Positions 17,477-27,442 of a DNA stretch of 63,694 bases are shown piece after piece. Under the pieces are notes generated by a model. The model ran no database searches. It was not told the DNA's origin and saw nothing but the letters and a program-made list of their open reading frames with translations. The DNA lies in IMG/VR virus record IMGVR_UViG_3300047564_001096, positions 1-63,694 of that record, one strand, 5' to 3'. Positions within the stretch are counted from its first letter, which is position 1. Each line of letters starts with the position of its first letter. The stretch is from a virus (taxonomy: Duplodnaviria; Caudoviricetes). A program made the position numbers and the translations under genes.

Positions 17477-18384
17477 TGAACTTCCAGCAGCTATCTGAGG
17501 CTATTCAAAGCTATACGGAATCGACTGAGCAGTTATTTGTTCAGAACATACCGAACTTTGTACAACTTTGCGAAGAGCGTGTTTATAACGCTGTTCAGAT
17601 ACCTGCTATCCGTAAAAACGTCATTGGTAATTTTACAAGCGGAGATACGTATCTTGCCTTGCCTAGTGATTATTTAGCGTCTTTTTCCCTTGCTGTAATT
17701 GATGCAAGTGGTAATTACACATACTTAATTGATAAAGACGTTAACTTTATCCGTGAGGCATATCCTAACCCATCTACTGATACTGGCACCCCTAGGTATT
17801 ACGCTCAGTTTTTACCCTATACCTACATTATTGGGCCTACCCCTAATGCTTCCTATCAGACTGAGTTGAACTATTATTATTACCCTCTTACGATTGTGCA
17901 AGGCGGTATATCTAATTTTGGCACTATTGTTGGGGGTTCTGGCTACACCAACGGTACATATGAAAATGTGCCTTTGACTGGTGGGGATGGCGCAAACGGT
18001 TCAGCCACAATTACTGTATCGGGTGGGTCTGTAACTGCAGTTACTTTAGTAAACCCAGGATATTTATATCTTGTTGGCAACTCTTTAAGCGCCGCTACCT
18101 CTACAATAGGAGGTACTGGAAGTGGATTCTCGGTACCTGTCAGTGTTATTCAAAACGCAGCTGGTACTTCTTGGCTGGGCGATAATTTTGAGAGTGTTTT
18201 GTTATATGGTTCATTGCGTGAAGCCGTTATCTTCCAAAAGGGAGAACAAGATATGGTGAACTATTATGAACAGAAGTACCAAGAATCTTTAGCTTTACTT
18301 GCTATGTTGGGTGAAGGTAAAGATAGAAGAAGTGCATACCGTGACGGGCAACTTAGGCTGCCTGTACCTGGGCCAACAAATTAA
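17476..18384 (+). CDS. Tail adaptor/tubular protein (putative)
   Basis: GTPRYYA...GPTP...LLYGSL; Gly-rich inserted domain. Confidence 0.65.
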   Translation: MNFQQLSEAIQSYTESTEQLFVQNIPNFVQLCEERVYNAVQIPAIRKNVIGNFTSGDTYLALPSDYLASFSLAVIDASGNYTYLIDKDVNFIREAYPNPSTDTGTPRYYAQFLPYTYIIGPTPNASYQTELNYYYYPLTIVQGGISNFGTIVGGSGYTNGTYENVPLTGGDGANGSATITVSGGSVTAVTLVNPGYLYLVGNSLSAATSTIGGTGSGFSVPVSVIQNAAGTSWLGDNFESVLLYGSLREAVIFQKGEQDMVNYYEQKYQESLALLAMLGEGKDRRSAYRDGQLRLPVPGPTN

Positions 18385-18401
18385 TTTTTTAGGAGCAAGA
18401 A

Positions 18402-18833
18402 ATGCCAATTACCCAAGCAATGGCTACATCGTTTAAGGTTCAACTCTTAAATGGTACGCAAAACTTTTCAGCAAACACGTTTAAATTAGCCCTGTATACC
18501 AGCTCGGCTACTATTAACGAGAACACAACCGTTTATTCAACAACCAATGAAGTAGCATCTACTGGCAATTACTCTGCTGGCGGTAATACTTTAGCGGTTA
18601 GCGTAACCCCAACAAATACTGGAAACGTAGCTTTTATCTCGTTTGCTAATACTTCTTGGGCAAATGCAACTATTACTGCAGCTGGGGCTTTAATTTATAA
18701 CGCAAATGCATCAAACGCAGCTGTATGCGTGTTGTCTTTTGGTGGTGATAAAACATCCACTAACGGCACATTTGCAGTGAACTTCCCAACTGCTGACGCA
18801 AGTAACGCAATTATTCGTTTGACCGCTTCGTAA
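18402..18833 (+). CDS. Virion/tail structural protein
   Basis: FKLALYTSSA motif; composition and synteny. Confidence 0.75.
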   Translation: MPITQAMATSFKVQLLNGTQNFSANTFKLALYTSSATINENTTVYSTTNEVASTGNYSAGGNTLAVSVTPTNTGNVAFISFANTSWANATITAAGALIYNANASNAAVCVLSFGGDKTSTNGTFAVNFPTADASNAIIRLTAS

Positions 18834-18846
18834 TTAGGGAGGCCGT

Positions 18847-20787
18847 ATGGCTTTGGTCTTAAAAGATAGAGTTAAGGAAACTAGCTCTAGCTCTGGTACA
18901 GGCAGTATTACGCTTGGTGGCGCATTTCCTGGCTATCAAACGTTTAATGCCGCCATAGCTACTGGTTCTACCGTTTATTACACCATCCATAATTTAACCG
19001 CTGGGGTTGATAACGAGTGGGAGGTGGGTCTTGGTACGTTTACGTCTCCAGCTACATTAGCTAGGACTACGGTTCTTTCTTCGTCTAATTCAGGATCATT
19101 GGTCCCATTTACTGCAGGTGCAAGTGGTCTTGAAGTATTTATTACTCAACCAGCTGAAGAAGCAGTCTATCTAAATCAGGCTACAGGCAAAGTTGAAATT
19201 GGCGGTAATGGCACAAATACCGTGTCGTTTACCAATATCAATGCTTCTAACGTAGTCATGGTGTCTGGAACAATCAGCACCAATGCTGCCAATGCCACGG
19301 ATATTACCAATAAGACCTATGTTGACGGGCTTTTCTCAACAGGCATCACATACCACGACCCTGTTCTTGTTGAGTCCCCAACGGCTTTAATTGCCACGTA
19401 TAACCAACCAGGTGGCGCAGGTAACGGCGTAGGCGCTACGCTGACCAATAGTGGTTCAAACGTAGCCTTAAGTATTGATGGTGTGTCATTATCTAACACA
19501 GCTCGCGTTTTGGTTTATACCCAGTCTAATGCCGCCCATAATGGTGTTTATACGGTTACTAATGCGGGTGCGCCCGATGCTCCTGGTCCTGGGGCTGCCT
19601 GGGTACTTACTCGTGCTACTGATGCTGATACCTTTGGACTTGCTAACCCTAATCAGTTGGGCCAAGGCGACGCATTTTTCGTACAGTCTGGTAATACAGG
19701 CGCTGGTGAAACTTATATTCTCAATACCGTAGGCACAATCACGTTTGGCACTACAAATATTACATTTGCTCAAATTAGTTCTGCTCAGATTTATGCAGCG
19801 GGTACAGGATTAAACCTATCAAACCTAACATTTAGCGTTGCTAATACAGCAGTTACTGCAGCTCAATACGGTAACGATGGGGCTGTTGGACAATTTACAG
19901 TCAATGCCCAAGGTCAGCTAACCAACGCTGCTAACGTATCAATCAACGCTTCTAGTATCTCTGTAGGTACTTTAGCCAACGGTAGAACAACCGCCGCTTC
20001 CGCTAACGGAGCAAGCACAATTGTATTGCGTGATTCTAATGGTGACTTTGCGGCTAATACAATTGCAGCTACAACGGTTAATGCAACTTCTGGCAACTTT
20101 ACCAACATTACTGGTAATGCTGTATCTTTAACAGCTATCAATGCCTCCAACATAACTTCAGGCACCTTAGATAACGCCCGTACTACAGGCAGTACGTCTA
20201 ACAGTGCGAGCACAATAGTTCTTCGGGATGCTTCTGGTAACTTTGGCTCTAATGTAATTAGTGCTTCTTCGTTTAGCGGTGACGGTACAGCTATTACAGC
20301 AATCAATGCTTCTAACATTTCATCGGGCACAATCTCAAACGCTCATACTACAGCTGCTTCTGCTAACGGGGCTTCTACTATTGTTTTGCGTGATTCAGCT
20401 GGTGACTTTAGTGCTGGAATAATTACCGCTAACGGTTCTGCTTTATCAGCTATTAATGCGTCTAATGTTTCTAGTGGGACTATTGACAATGCAAGAACGA
20501 CTGCTTCTTCTAGTAACGGTACTTCTACTATTGTTCTTCGTGGAACTTCTGGTGAATTTGCTGCTGGAGTAATTACCGCAGATGGTTCTGGGTTATCGGC
20601 TATTAATGCTTCTAATGTATCTAGTGGAACTTTAGTAGCAGCTCGTGGGGGTACAGGAATAACATCGCCAGGAACAGCAGGCAACGTACTAACTTCAGAC
20701 GGGTCTGGGTGGGTGAGTTCTACTCCAACGTCTTCTGGCGCTACCAAAGCTACAGCGCTGGCATTTGCAATACTTTTTGGATATTAA
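18847..20787 (+). CDS. Tail fibre protein with internal tandem repeats
   Basis: MALVLKDRVKET N-terminus; 4-5 copies of INASN.SSGT...RTT...STIVLRD..G.F. Confidence 0.8.
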   Translation: MALVLKDRVKETSSSSGTGSITLGGAFPGYQTFNAAIATGSTVYYTIHNLTAGVDNEWEVGLGTFTSPATLARTTVLSSSNSGSLVPFTAGASGLEVFITQPAEEAVYLNQATGKVEIGGNGTNTVSFTNINASNVVMVSGTISTNAANATDITNKTYVDGLFSTGITYHDPVLVESPTALIATYNQPGGAGNGVGATLTNSGSNVALSIDGVSLSNTARVLVYTQSNAAHNGVYTVTNAGAPDAPGPGAAWVLTRATDADTFGLANPNQLGQGDAFFVQSGNTGAGETYILNTVGTITFGTTNITFAQISSAQIYAAGTGLNLSNLTFSVANTAVTAAQYGNDGAVGQFTVNAQGQLTNAANVSINASSISVGTLANGRTTAASANGASTIVLRDSNGDFAANTIAATTVNATSGNFTNITGNAVSLTAINASNITSGTLDNARTTGSTSNSASTIVLRDASGNFGSNVISASSFSGDGTAITAINASNISSGTISNAHTTAASANGASTIVLRDSAGDFSAGIITANGSALSAINASNVSSGTIDNARTTASSSNGTSTIVLRGTSGEFAAGVITADGSGLSAINASNVSSGTLVAARGGTGITSPGTAGNVLTSDGSGWVSSTPTSSGATKATALAFAILFGY

Positions 20788-20796
20788 GGAAAAACA

Positions 20797-21168
20797 ATGG
20801 CAAACCCCAATATACTAAACGCAACATCAATTTATGGTAACGTAACCTATTTAATACCAACTGCAACAAGTGCAACACCTTGGACTTCACTTACTCCAGC
20901 CGTTGGTACGGTAAATAGAATTGATTACATCATGGCAGCAAACGTTACAGGTACAGCCGCTACCATAACTGTTTCTGTTAATAGTGCAACGGGTGGTGGT
21001 GGAACAGCATATCGAATTGCGTTTCAAATCCAAGTACCAGCTAATACTACTTTGATTCTTTCTGACAAATCTACCGCAATTTATCTTGGTGAATCACAGT
21101 CGATTGTAGTAACTTCAGGAACAAGCAACGCCAGTGAACGTACAGCGTCTTATGAAGCAATAACCTAA
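20797..21168 (+). CDS. Tail fibre-associated small protein
   Basis: MANPNI N-terminus; synteny. Confidence 0.75.
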   Translation: MANPNILNATSIYGNVTYLIPTATSATPWTSLTPAVGTVNRIDYIMAANVTGTAATITVSVNSATGGGGTAYRIAFQIQVPANTTLILSDKSTAIYLGESQSIVVTSGTSNASERTASYEAIT

Positions 21169-21179
21169 AGAGATCAGTT

Positions 21180-22319
21180 ATGACTGATAGATTTTATGCG
21201 GGTTTTGTTAATGCGGCATACGTTGGGGCTAGAGCACCCAATGCACCAACTTCTGCGGCTGCTGATAAAGGAAATGGAAATGCGGAAATAAGTTTTACTC
21301 CTCCCTCTAACTTAGGTACAGGCGGCGCAGTAACTTACCGAGCAACATCAACACCAGGAAATTTTACAGGTACGAGCGCTTCTTCACCAATTACAGTAAA
21401 TGGGTTAACTAACGGTGTAACTTATACATTTCAAGTAACTGCTATTAATACTTATGGTGAAAGTCCTGGAAGTAACGTAACAAATGCTGTAACTCCTAGC
21501 GTTGCTGGTCAAAGACTTTATACAGGGGGTACTTTTACTTTTGTAGTCCCAACAGGAACTACTTCTGTTAGCGTAGTTTGCGTAGGCGGTGGTGGGGCTG
21601 GTGGCTATTATGGAACTGGCGCTGGTTCTGGCGGAGGTCTTAGATATAAAAATAATATTACTGTAACTCCTGGACAGTCAATTGCTATAGCTGCCCCTGC
21701 TTTTGCTCAGTTTGGTTCTCCTGGTGGTAATGCAGAGTTTGGCACTAACGGAGTTGATGCTTTTTATTTTTTTGGAGGCGGCGGTGGGTCTGGAGGCGGT
21801 GCTTCTGTTGGTACTGGCTCAACAATTGGTGGCGCTGCAGATGGCGGTGGTAACGGCGGATCAACAGGTTCTTATGCAGGCGGCGGCGGTGCTGGCGGAT
21901 ATTCTGGTAACGGTGGCAATGCAGGTACTTCTCCAGGCGCTTCTGGCTCTGCTGGTGCAGGCGGTGGCGGTGGCGGTGGTTATGGTGTCAGCTTCCCAGG
22001 TACTAATTATTCGGGTAGCGGCGGTGGTGTTGGAGTTTTAGGTGCTGGCGCAAACGGTGCTGGCGGCACGGGGTCAAGTCAAACCGCAGGTTCTGGTGGT
22101 GTTAGTGAACCATCTAAAAATGGTCAAGGTGGTTCTGGCGGCTTAGCTACACCAGGAAATCTATTTGGTATTGGTGGTAACTACGGTGGTGGTGGCGGTG
22201 GTGTTTACGGATATACCGAAAACTACACTGGAGGTGGTGCAGCCGCAGTTAGGATTATTTACCCAGCAACAGGCGCTATAACACGTTCTTTCCCATCAAC
22301 TAATACAGGTGATATTTAA
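21180..22319 (+). CDS. Tail fibre/adhesin with fibronectin type III and glycine-rich domains
   Basis: ITVNGLTNGVTYTFQVTAIN (FN3); VVCVGGGG Gly-rich domain. Confidence 0.8.
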   Translation: MTDRFYAGFVNAAYVGARAPNAPTSAAADKGNGNAEISFTPPSNLGTGGAVTYRATSTPGNFTGTSASSPITVNGLTNGVTYTFQVTAINTYGESPGSNVTNAVTPSVAGQRLYTGGTFTFVVPTGTTSVSVVCVGGGGAGGYYGTGAGSGGGLRYKNNITVTPGQSIAIAAPAFAQFGSPGGNAEFGTNGVDAFYFFGGGGGSGGGASVGTGSTIGGAADGGGNGGSTGSYAGGGGAGGYSGNGGNAGTSPGASGSAGAGGGGGGGYGVSFPGTNYSGSGGGVGVLGAGANGAGGTGSSQTAGSGGVSEPSKNGQGGSGGLATPGNLFGIGGNYGGGGGGVYGYTENYTGGGAAAVRIIYPATGAITRSFPSTNTGDI

Positions 22320-23278
22320 TGCCAACCTATAGTGGAGTTTGGACCCCCGCACAAGTAATGCAACAAGCTGGTTCAGGACTTTGGCCTGGAGTAACTCTAC
22401 CAGGACAACAAGTATATGTAGGCTCATTTTATGGTGGTGGCGGGTCTAATACCTATACTTGGGTTTGTCCTCCAGGAGTTACTCTTGTTAGCGTTTGTTG
22501 TATTGGCTCTGGCGCTACTAGTGGATCTGGAGTTAGTACGGGCACTTATTCAGGTTGTGGGGGCGGTGGATTAGGCTGGAAAAATAATATTGCTGTAATA
22601 CCAGGAAATTCATACACAGTTCTAGCAGGTAATAGTAACTGGGCAACTAGCGTAGCTGTGGATGGCAACATATCTTATTTTAATACTTCTGGGACTGTAA
22701 GTGGTGGAGGGGGAATTAAAGGGGCTGGAGGAAGTGGTGGCGCTGGTGGCACATACACAGGTGATGGTGGTGGTATTGGAGGTGCTGGCGGTTTTGGTTA
22801 TTACGGGTACCCTAGCACTTTTTCAACAGGTGGCGGTGCAGGTGGCGCTGGTGGTTATACAGGTAATGGTGGTAATGGTGGTAATGGGAATTATTCTCCA
22901 GGTGGTGGCTCTCCTGGCGCATCTGGTGCTGGTGGTGGCGGTGGAGGTGGCGGTGGCGGAAATTATTATGGTCCTCCAGGATACAACGGAGGCGGTGGTG
23001 GCGGTGGTGGCGTTGGGATTTTAGGGCAAGGCGCAAACGGTGCAGGTGGTGCCGCTGGTGACCCTCCCTTTGGTGGCGGTGGCGGTTCGGGCGGTAGTGC
23101 GGGTGCAAATGCAACTTCTGGTCCTGTCAATGGCGCGATAGGTGGTTCATATGGTGGCGGTGGCGGCAGCGGGTTTTATAATTATGGCAATGGTGGTGAA
23201 GGCGCAGTAAGAATAATGTGGCAAGGACCAGTCCCTGGAACACCAAGATCATATCCAAGTAATGCTGGCAATCTTTAA
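22319..23278 (+). CDS. Glycine-rich tail fibre protein
   Basis: TWVCPPGVTLVSV...GAVRIMW; paralogous Gly-rich domain. Confidence 0.8.
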   Translation: MPTYSGVWTPAQVMQQAGSGLWPGVTLPGQQVYVGSFYGGGGSNTYTWVCPPGVTLVSVCCIGSGATSGSGVSTGTYSGCGGGGLGWKNNIAVIPGNSYTVLAGNSNWATSVAVDGNISYFNTSGTVSGGGGIKGAGGSGGAGGTYTGDGGGIGGAGGFGYYGYPSTFSTGGGAGGAGGYTGNGGNGGNGNYSPGGGSPGASGAGGGGGGGGGGNYYGPPGYNGGGGGGGGVGILGQGANGAGGAAGDPPFGGGGGSGGSAGANATSGPVNGAIGGSYGGGGGSGFYNYGNGGEGAVRIMWQGPVPGTPRSYPSNAGNL

Positions 23279-23292
23279 TTTAAGGAAATACG

Positions 23293-23712
23293 ATGGAACT
23301 TTTTATTCAAATAGATGAAAACGGGCAAGCAAAAGAACATCCAATTCACGGCGACAACTTTCGCCAAGCGTTTCCACATATTGACACTAACAACTTACCA
23401 AGTAACTTTGCTAGGTTTGAGCGTATACCTCCTCCACTGCCAAGTGTTTATCAAAAAAATCACAGGGTAATTTATCAGAAGCGCCATGATGGCGTTTGGA
23501 TAGACATACACTTATATGACCTAATGACAAGAGAAGAAATAGTTGCGCTTCAAGATCAAGTTAAAGCTAATTTTGCCGCAAGTAATGGTCCTGCTTCTTG
23601 GACATTTAACGAGTTTATTTGCCGATTTGATCCACCCGTGCCATATCCAAATGACGGAAAAAACTATCGGTGGGATGAGCCAACAACTAACTGGGTGGAG
23701 GTAACAGTATGA
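23293..23712 (+). CDS. Tail fibre-associated protein (chaperone-like)
   Basis: PPVPYPNDGKNYRWDE..W C-terminal motif. Confidence 0.7.
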   Translation: MELFIQIDENGQAKEHPIHGDNFRQAFPHIDTNNLPSNFARFERIPPPLPSVYQKNHRVIYQKRHDGVWIDIHLYDLMTREEIVALQDQVKANFAASNGPASWTFNEFICRFDPPVPYPNDGKNYRWDEPTTNWVEVTV

Positions 23713-23822
23713 TTAAGAAATATCCAGGCGGAATAATTTATTTAATAGTTCCAGCTACAAGTAGAGGCGTATTCAATTTAACTACTCAAATGTTTTATAA
23801 AAAACTAGGCATTTGGTCATAA
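23709..23822 (+). CDS. 37-aa peptide MIKKYPGGIIYLIVPATSRGVFNLTTQMFYKKLGIWS (not in ORF track)
   Basis: ATGA-coupled; fills the gap exactly; resembles fibre N-terminal motifs. Confidence 0.7.
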   Translation: MIKKYPGGIIYLIVPATSRGVFNLTTQMFYKKLGIWS

Positions 23823-23823
23823 A

Positions 23824-24333
23824 ATGACTTTTGGTTTTTCACCTTATGCTGGCGCTCCGTTTGCTGATGTAGGCGATACGAGCCAAGGTATTACAGTTCA
23901 ATTAACTGGAGTATCTGCTGTTGGCGTGGTCGGCACAGTTGCTGTAGGTCTTGGATGCACAGTTGATTTAACAGGTGTAAGCGCTGTAGGTCGGATTGGC
24001 AATGTTGATTTAAGCCTTGGATGTACCGTTGATTTAATAGGGGTTAGCGCTGTAGGTCAAGTTGGCAATGTGTCAATAATTGAAAGCGTTACCATTGATT
24101 TAACTGGAGTTTATGCAGTAGGTAGGCTTGGTAATGTTGATGTAGAAGCTGGAGCAAGTACTAATGTAACTGGTTTTGCTGTACCTGTTTTGCTTGGTAC
24201 TGTTAATGCGCAAGCAAATTCTGTAGTTGATGTGACTGGTGTTAGAACTGTAGTTAGGTTAAATACAGTCAATGTTTGGGGTCTTGTTGATACGGCGCAA
24301 AACCCAAATTGGACAGAAGTAATAGCCGCTTAA
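23824..24333 (+). CDS. Tail-associated protein with ~20-aa repeats
   Basis: Repeated VDLTGVSAVG..G.V. Confidence 0.8.
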   Translation: MTFGFSPYAGAPFADVGDTSQGITVQLTGVSAVGVVGTVAVGLGCTVDLTGVSAVGRIGNVDLSLGCTVDLIGVSAVGQVGNVSIIESVTIDLTGVYAVGRLGNVDVEAGASTNVTGFAVPVLLGTVNAQANSVVDVTGVRTVVRLNTVNVWGLVDTAQNPNWTEVIAA

Positions 24334-24342
24334 GGATAAATT

Positions 24343-25566
24343 ATGGCAAGTACATATTCACCAAGTTTAAAACTAACCCTGATGGGGGATGGCGATCAAG
24401 CAGGTCTTTGGGGCCAGACCACCAATACTAACCTAGGCACTTTGCTTGAACAGGCTATTACGGGTGTGCAATCTATTGTTATGGCTGATGCTAACTACAC
24501 CCTTACTAACTTTAACGGTATAACAAACGAAGCTCGTAATGCGGTTTTAGTGGTTACTGGGACAAACAATGCGGTACGAGACCTTATACCTCCTGTCGTA
24601 GAAAAGCTTTATACCATTGTTAATAACACTACAGGTGGCTATGCAATTAGAGTAATTGGTAGTTCTGGTACAGGCGTAAATATACCGAATGGCGTTACTA
24701 CTCTTGTCTACTGTGACGGCACTAACTTTTATGCTGGAAACACAGGCACATCTGGAAACTTTATTGTAAATGGCACCTTAACAGCTACAACTGCTAATGC
24801 CACAACAGTAAACGCAACAACAGTAACTGCTACGACAGTAAACGCTACAAATGCTACATTTAGCGGTGCTATTTCTTCAGTATCCCCAGCTTTTACAGGA
24901 ACCCCTACAGCGCCGACTGCTACTGTTGGAACTAACACAACTCAAATAGCTACTACGGCTTTTGTCTTGGCTAATAACACTCCTGTTGGCGGTGCTGGTG
25001 GGTTTGTTTCCGTTCAGTACTTTACAACTGCTGGGGCAATTACTTGGACTAGACCGTCTGGAATAAAGAAAATATACGTGTACGTTATTGGTGGCGGTGG
25101 TGGTGGGCGTCAATCTGGTACACAAGCTACTTGTGGGGGTGGCGGTGGTGGTTGCGCAATTAAACTAATAGATGTGACATCCATTTCCTCAATTTCTGGA
25201 AACGTTGGTTCAGGTGGCGCAGTTAATGTCGCAGGTTCGCCTTCAATTTTTAACACCACAATAATTGGCGGTGGTGGCGGTGTTGGTAATGAGAGCGGTG
25301 GGTACCCAGTTGGTGGTACGGGCGGTTCTGCAAGCGGTGGAGATTTAAATATCCCTGGCGGAACAGCTAGCGCTAATTCATATTCTTCAGTATCTAGTGG
25401 CACCCCTGGTGGTACTCCTGCATTTTTTGGTCAAGCTGGTCCAGGTGGTGGATATAGTGGTTCTCAAGGCAATGGCTTATACGGCGGTGGCGGTGGCGGC
25501 AATGGTTACAGCAGCAGCGCTGGTGCTGGCGGTGACGGGATTATTGTTGTTTACGAATACAGCTAA
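24343..25566 (+). CDS. Tail fibre protein
   Basis: MASTYS...WGQTTNTN; SPAFTGTPTAPT fibre repeat; Gly-rich C-terminal domain. Confidence 0.85.
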   Translation: MASTYSPSLKLTLMGDGDQAGLWGQTTNTNLGTLLEQAITGVQSIVMADANYTLTNFNGITNEARNAVLVVTGTNNAVRDLIPPVVEKLYTIVNNTTGGYAIRVIGSSGTGVNIPNGVTTLVYCDGTNFYAGNTGTSGNFIVNGTLTATTANATTVNATTVTATTVNATNATFSGAISSVSPAFTGTPTAPTATVGTNTTQIATTAFVLANNTPVGGAGGFVSVQYFTTAGAITWTRPSGIKKIYVYVIGGGGGGRQSGTQATCGGGGGGCAIKLIDVTSISSISGNVGSGGAVNVAGSPSIFNTTIIGGGGGVGNESGGYPVGGTGGSASGGDLNIPGGTASANSYSSVSSGTPGGTPAFFGQAGPGGGYSGSQGNGLYGGGGGGNGYSSSAGAGGDGIIVVYEYS

Positions 25567-25575
25567 GGAAAAATA

Positions 25576-25785
25576 ATGATTAAAGAGATTGCAGACGAAC
25601 TAGTAGGCGATGAGTTTAAGCCACGCCATACTATTGAGATCTATTGCCCTAACTGCGGATACGATGTTTCCGAAGCTGAACTAGCTGCCAAGATGTGCAG
25701 TGACTGTGGGCATAGCCTCGAAGAACCAGAACAGCACGTAGCCATTGTGGTTGCCAATATGTCATTTGGTGGTTCAACACTCTGA
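25576..25785 (+). CDS. Small zinc-ribbon protein
   Basis: CPNC...CSDC. Confidence 0.75.
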   Translation: MIKEIADELVGDEFKPRHTIEIYCPNCGYDVSEAELAAKMCSDCGHSLEEPEQHVAIVVANMSFGGSTL

Positions 25786-25803
25786 GGCAAAGAACAGTGA
25801 GAT

Positions 25804-26256
25804 ATGTCAGACGAACTGGGGTTATCGGCTGGTGCCAAGGGCATTAGCGAAGGGATAAAGACTGGGCGTGAGGCTGGGCGGGAGATTGGCAAGAACATTG
25901 AGGATGTTCAGAAGGAAGCGGTAGATGTAGCCAAGCAGCAAGCAAATGCAAGGATTCGGGAACGCAGGGAAGCGGAGTTAAAGAAAGAACGAGCAATATT
26001 TAAAGCCCTTGAGGAGTACAAACACCGCAAGAAGATTTCGGACGAGGAATACCAATTACGGATTGACTTTATCAAGCAGCATGGCACGAAGGAGTGGCAA
26101 AAGCTAATAGACATCAAGACCGAGATTGAACGGCTAGAGAAGGAAGACCGCAAGTACTTTGATGCGGAGTTAGAAAAGGTTAAGTGGGTGCAGTTCTGGT
26201 GCTTTCTGGCAGCAGGTTGGATTGCTTATTTTATTGTATGGGGGAGTAAAAAATGA
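25804..26256 (+). CDS. Coiled-coil protein with C-terminal TM helix
   Basis: Hydrophobic WCFLAAGWIAYFIVW tail. Confidence 0.75.
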   Translation: MSDELGLSAGAKGISEGIKTGREAGREIGKNIEDVQKEAVDVAKQQANARIRERREAELKKERAIFKALEEYKHRKKISDEEYQLRIDFIKQHGTKEWQKLIDIKTEIERLEKEDRKYFDAELEKVKWVQFWCFLAAGWIAYFIVWGSKK

Positions 26257-26603
26257 ACGAACATGAAACCGCCAAAGAAGTTGCTGGTAAATACATCGGC
26301 AAACAAGGTCTTTTCTACATTACCTTTATTGTCGTTATTGGCGTAGGTGCTTCTATAGTCCTTGAAGAATCTAAGATGGCTGCCGTTATGGGGCTACTTG
26401 GTGCGTCTTTAACCGCCTTAATCTCAATGCTTAACGGTGTCGCTGGTGCTACCCCCAAACAAGACAGACCTGAGTTTGAGATTATGAAAGAACTAATTTC
26501 CCGCCTAGATAAGATGGCTGATCGTGATCCAATGACTGTTGCAGTAGATGGCGATAAAGTTGTTGTTCGCAAAGGCGATAACGAAACCGCTATAGGGAGA
26601 TAA
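26253..26603 (+). CDS. Two-TM membrane protein in the lysis region
   Basis: Two hydrophobic segments. Confidence 0.7.
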   Translation: MNEHETAKEVAGKYIGKQGLFYITFIVVIGVGASIVLEESKMAAVMGLLGASLTALISMLNGVAGATPKQDRPEFEIMKELISRLDKMADRDPMTVAVDGDKVVVRKGDNETAIGR

Positions 26604-26604
26604 T

Positions 26605-27015
26605 ATGTTACCGCTAATGGCATTAGTCGATGTTGGGATGAAAGTCCTAGACAAGTTTATCCCTGACCCTGAAGCTAAAGCCAAGGCTCAAAAAGAACTT
26701 CTACAGATGCAACAAGAAGGCAGGTTGGCTGAACTACAAGCTGACAATATTGAGGCGCAAGAACTTACTAAACGGCATGAAGCAGACATGGGAAGCGACT
26801 CTACGCTATCCAAAAATATCCGACCTATGACTCTTGTGTTTATTCTAATTGTCTACTCTACCTTTGCGATGATGTCCGCTTGGGATATAGAGGTCAATAA
26901 CAACTATGTAGAACTGCTTGGACAGTGGGGTATGTTAATTATGTCCTTCTATTTTGGCGGGCGTACTCTTGAGAAGATCATGGATATGAAGAGGTCAAAA
27001 GATGAGTCTAAGTGA
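26605..27015 (+). CDS. Holin (3TM / GTA-holin-like)
   Basis: LDKFIPD...SKNIRP...SFYFGGR; adjacent to the endolysin. Confidence 0.75.
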   Translation: MLPLMALVDVGMKVLDKFIPDPEAKAKAQKELLQMQQEGRLAELQADNIEAQELTKRHEADMGSDSTLSKNIRPMTLVFILIVYSTFAMMSAWDIEVNNNYVELLGQWGMLIMSFYFGGRTLEKIMDMKRSKDESK

Positions 27016-27430
27016 ACACTTTACCTTTGAAGAACTAACGCACACAGACCATCGGCAGTTTGACAATACTCCTAATGCCTCTGAAATGGCTAACCTTGTA
27101 CGTTTGGCTGCGCTTCTTGAAGAAGTTAAAATAGCCATAGGCGGTAAGCCTGTAATGATTAATTCGGCGTTTCGTTGCAAAGAGGTAAATGATGCCGTAG
27201 GTTCTAAAGATACTAGTCAGCACCGTATTGGATGCGCTGCTGATCTTCGTGTACCAGGCATGACCCCCGATGAAGTTGTTAAAGCGGTGATTGCCTCTGG
27301 TATTGGTTACGACCAAATAATCCGTGAGTTTGACCGCTGGACACATATCTCAGTTCCTAACACAAAAGACATGACACCAAGGCGGCAAGCCCTTATCATT
27401 GACAAATCAGGAACACGTCAATACGTCTAA
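27002..27430 (+). CDS. Endolysin, peptidase M15A family
   Basis: LSEHFTFEEL; SAFRC..VN..VG...SQH..G.AAD; WTHIS. Confidence 0.9.
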   Translation: MSLSEHFTFEELTHTDHRQFDNTPNASEMANLVRLAALLEEVKIAIGGKPVMINSAFRCKEVNDAVGSKDTSQHRIGCAADLRVPGMTPDEVVKAVIASGIGYDQIIREFDRWTHISVPNTKDMTPRRQALIIDKSGTRQYV

Positions 27431-27442
27431 GGGTAAACCCGT

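Noticed and set aside
19914-20747. Long antisense ORFs in fibre and ejection genes
   Set aside because: Expected mirror ORFs of repetitive Ala/Ser/Thr coding sequence
21120-21168. Polar SER stretch at the end of 20797..21168 where a hydrophobic strand might be expected
   Set aside because: Could be sequencing error or ordinary divergence; not testable without reads
21560-25560. GGTGGCGGT-type repeats as CRISPR or DGR repeats
   Set aside because: They are Gly codon runs inside ORFs; no spacers, no reverse transcriptase and no adenine-specific TR/VR pair
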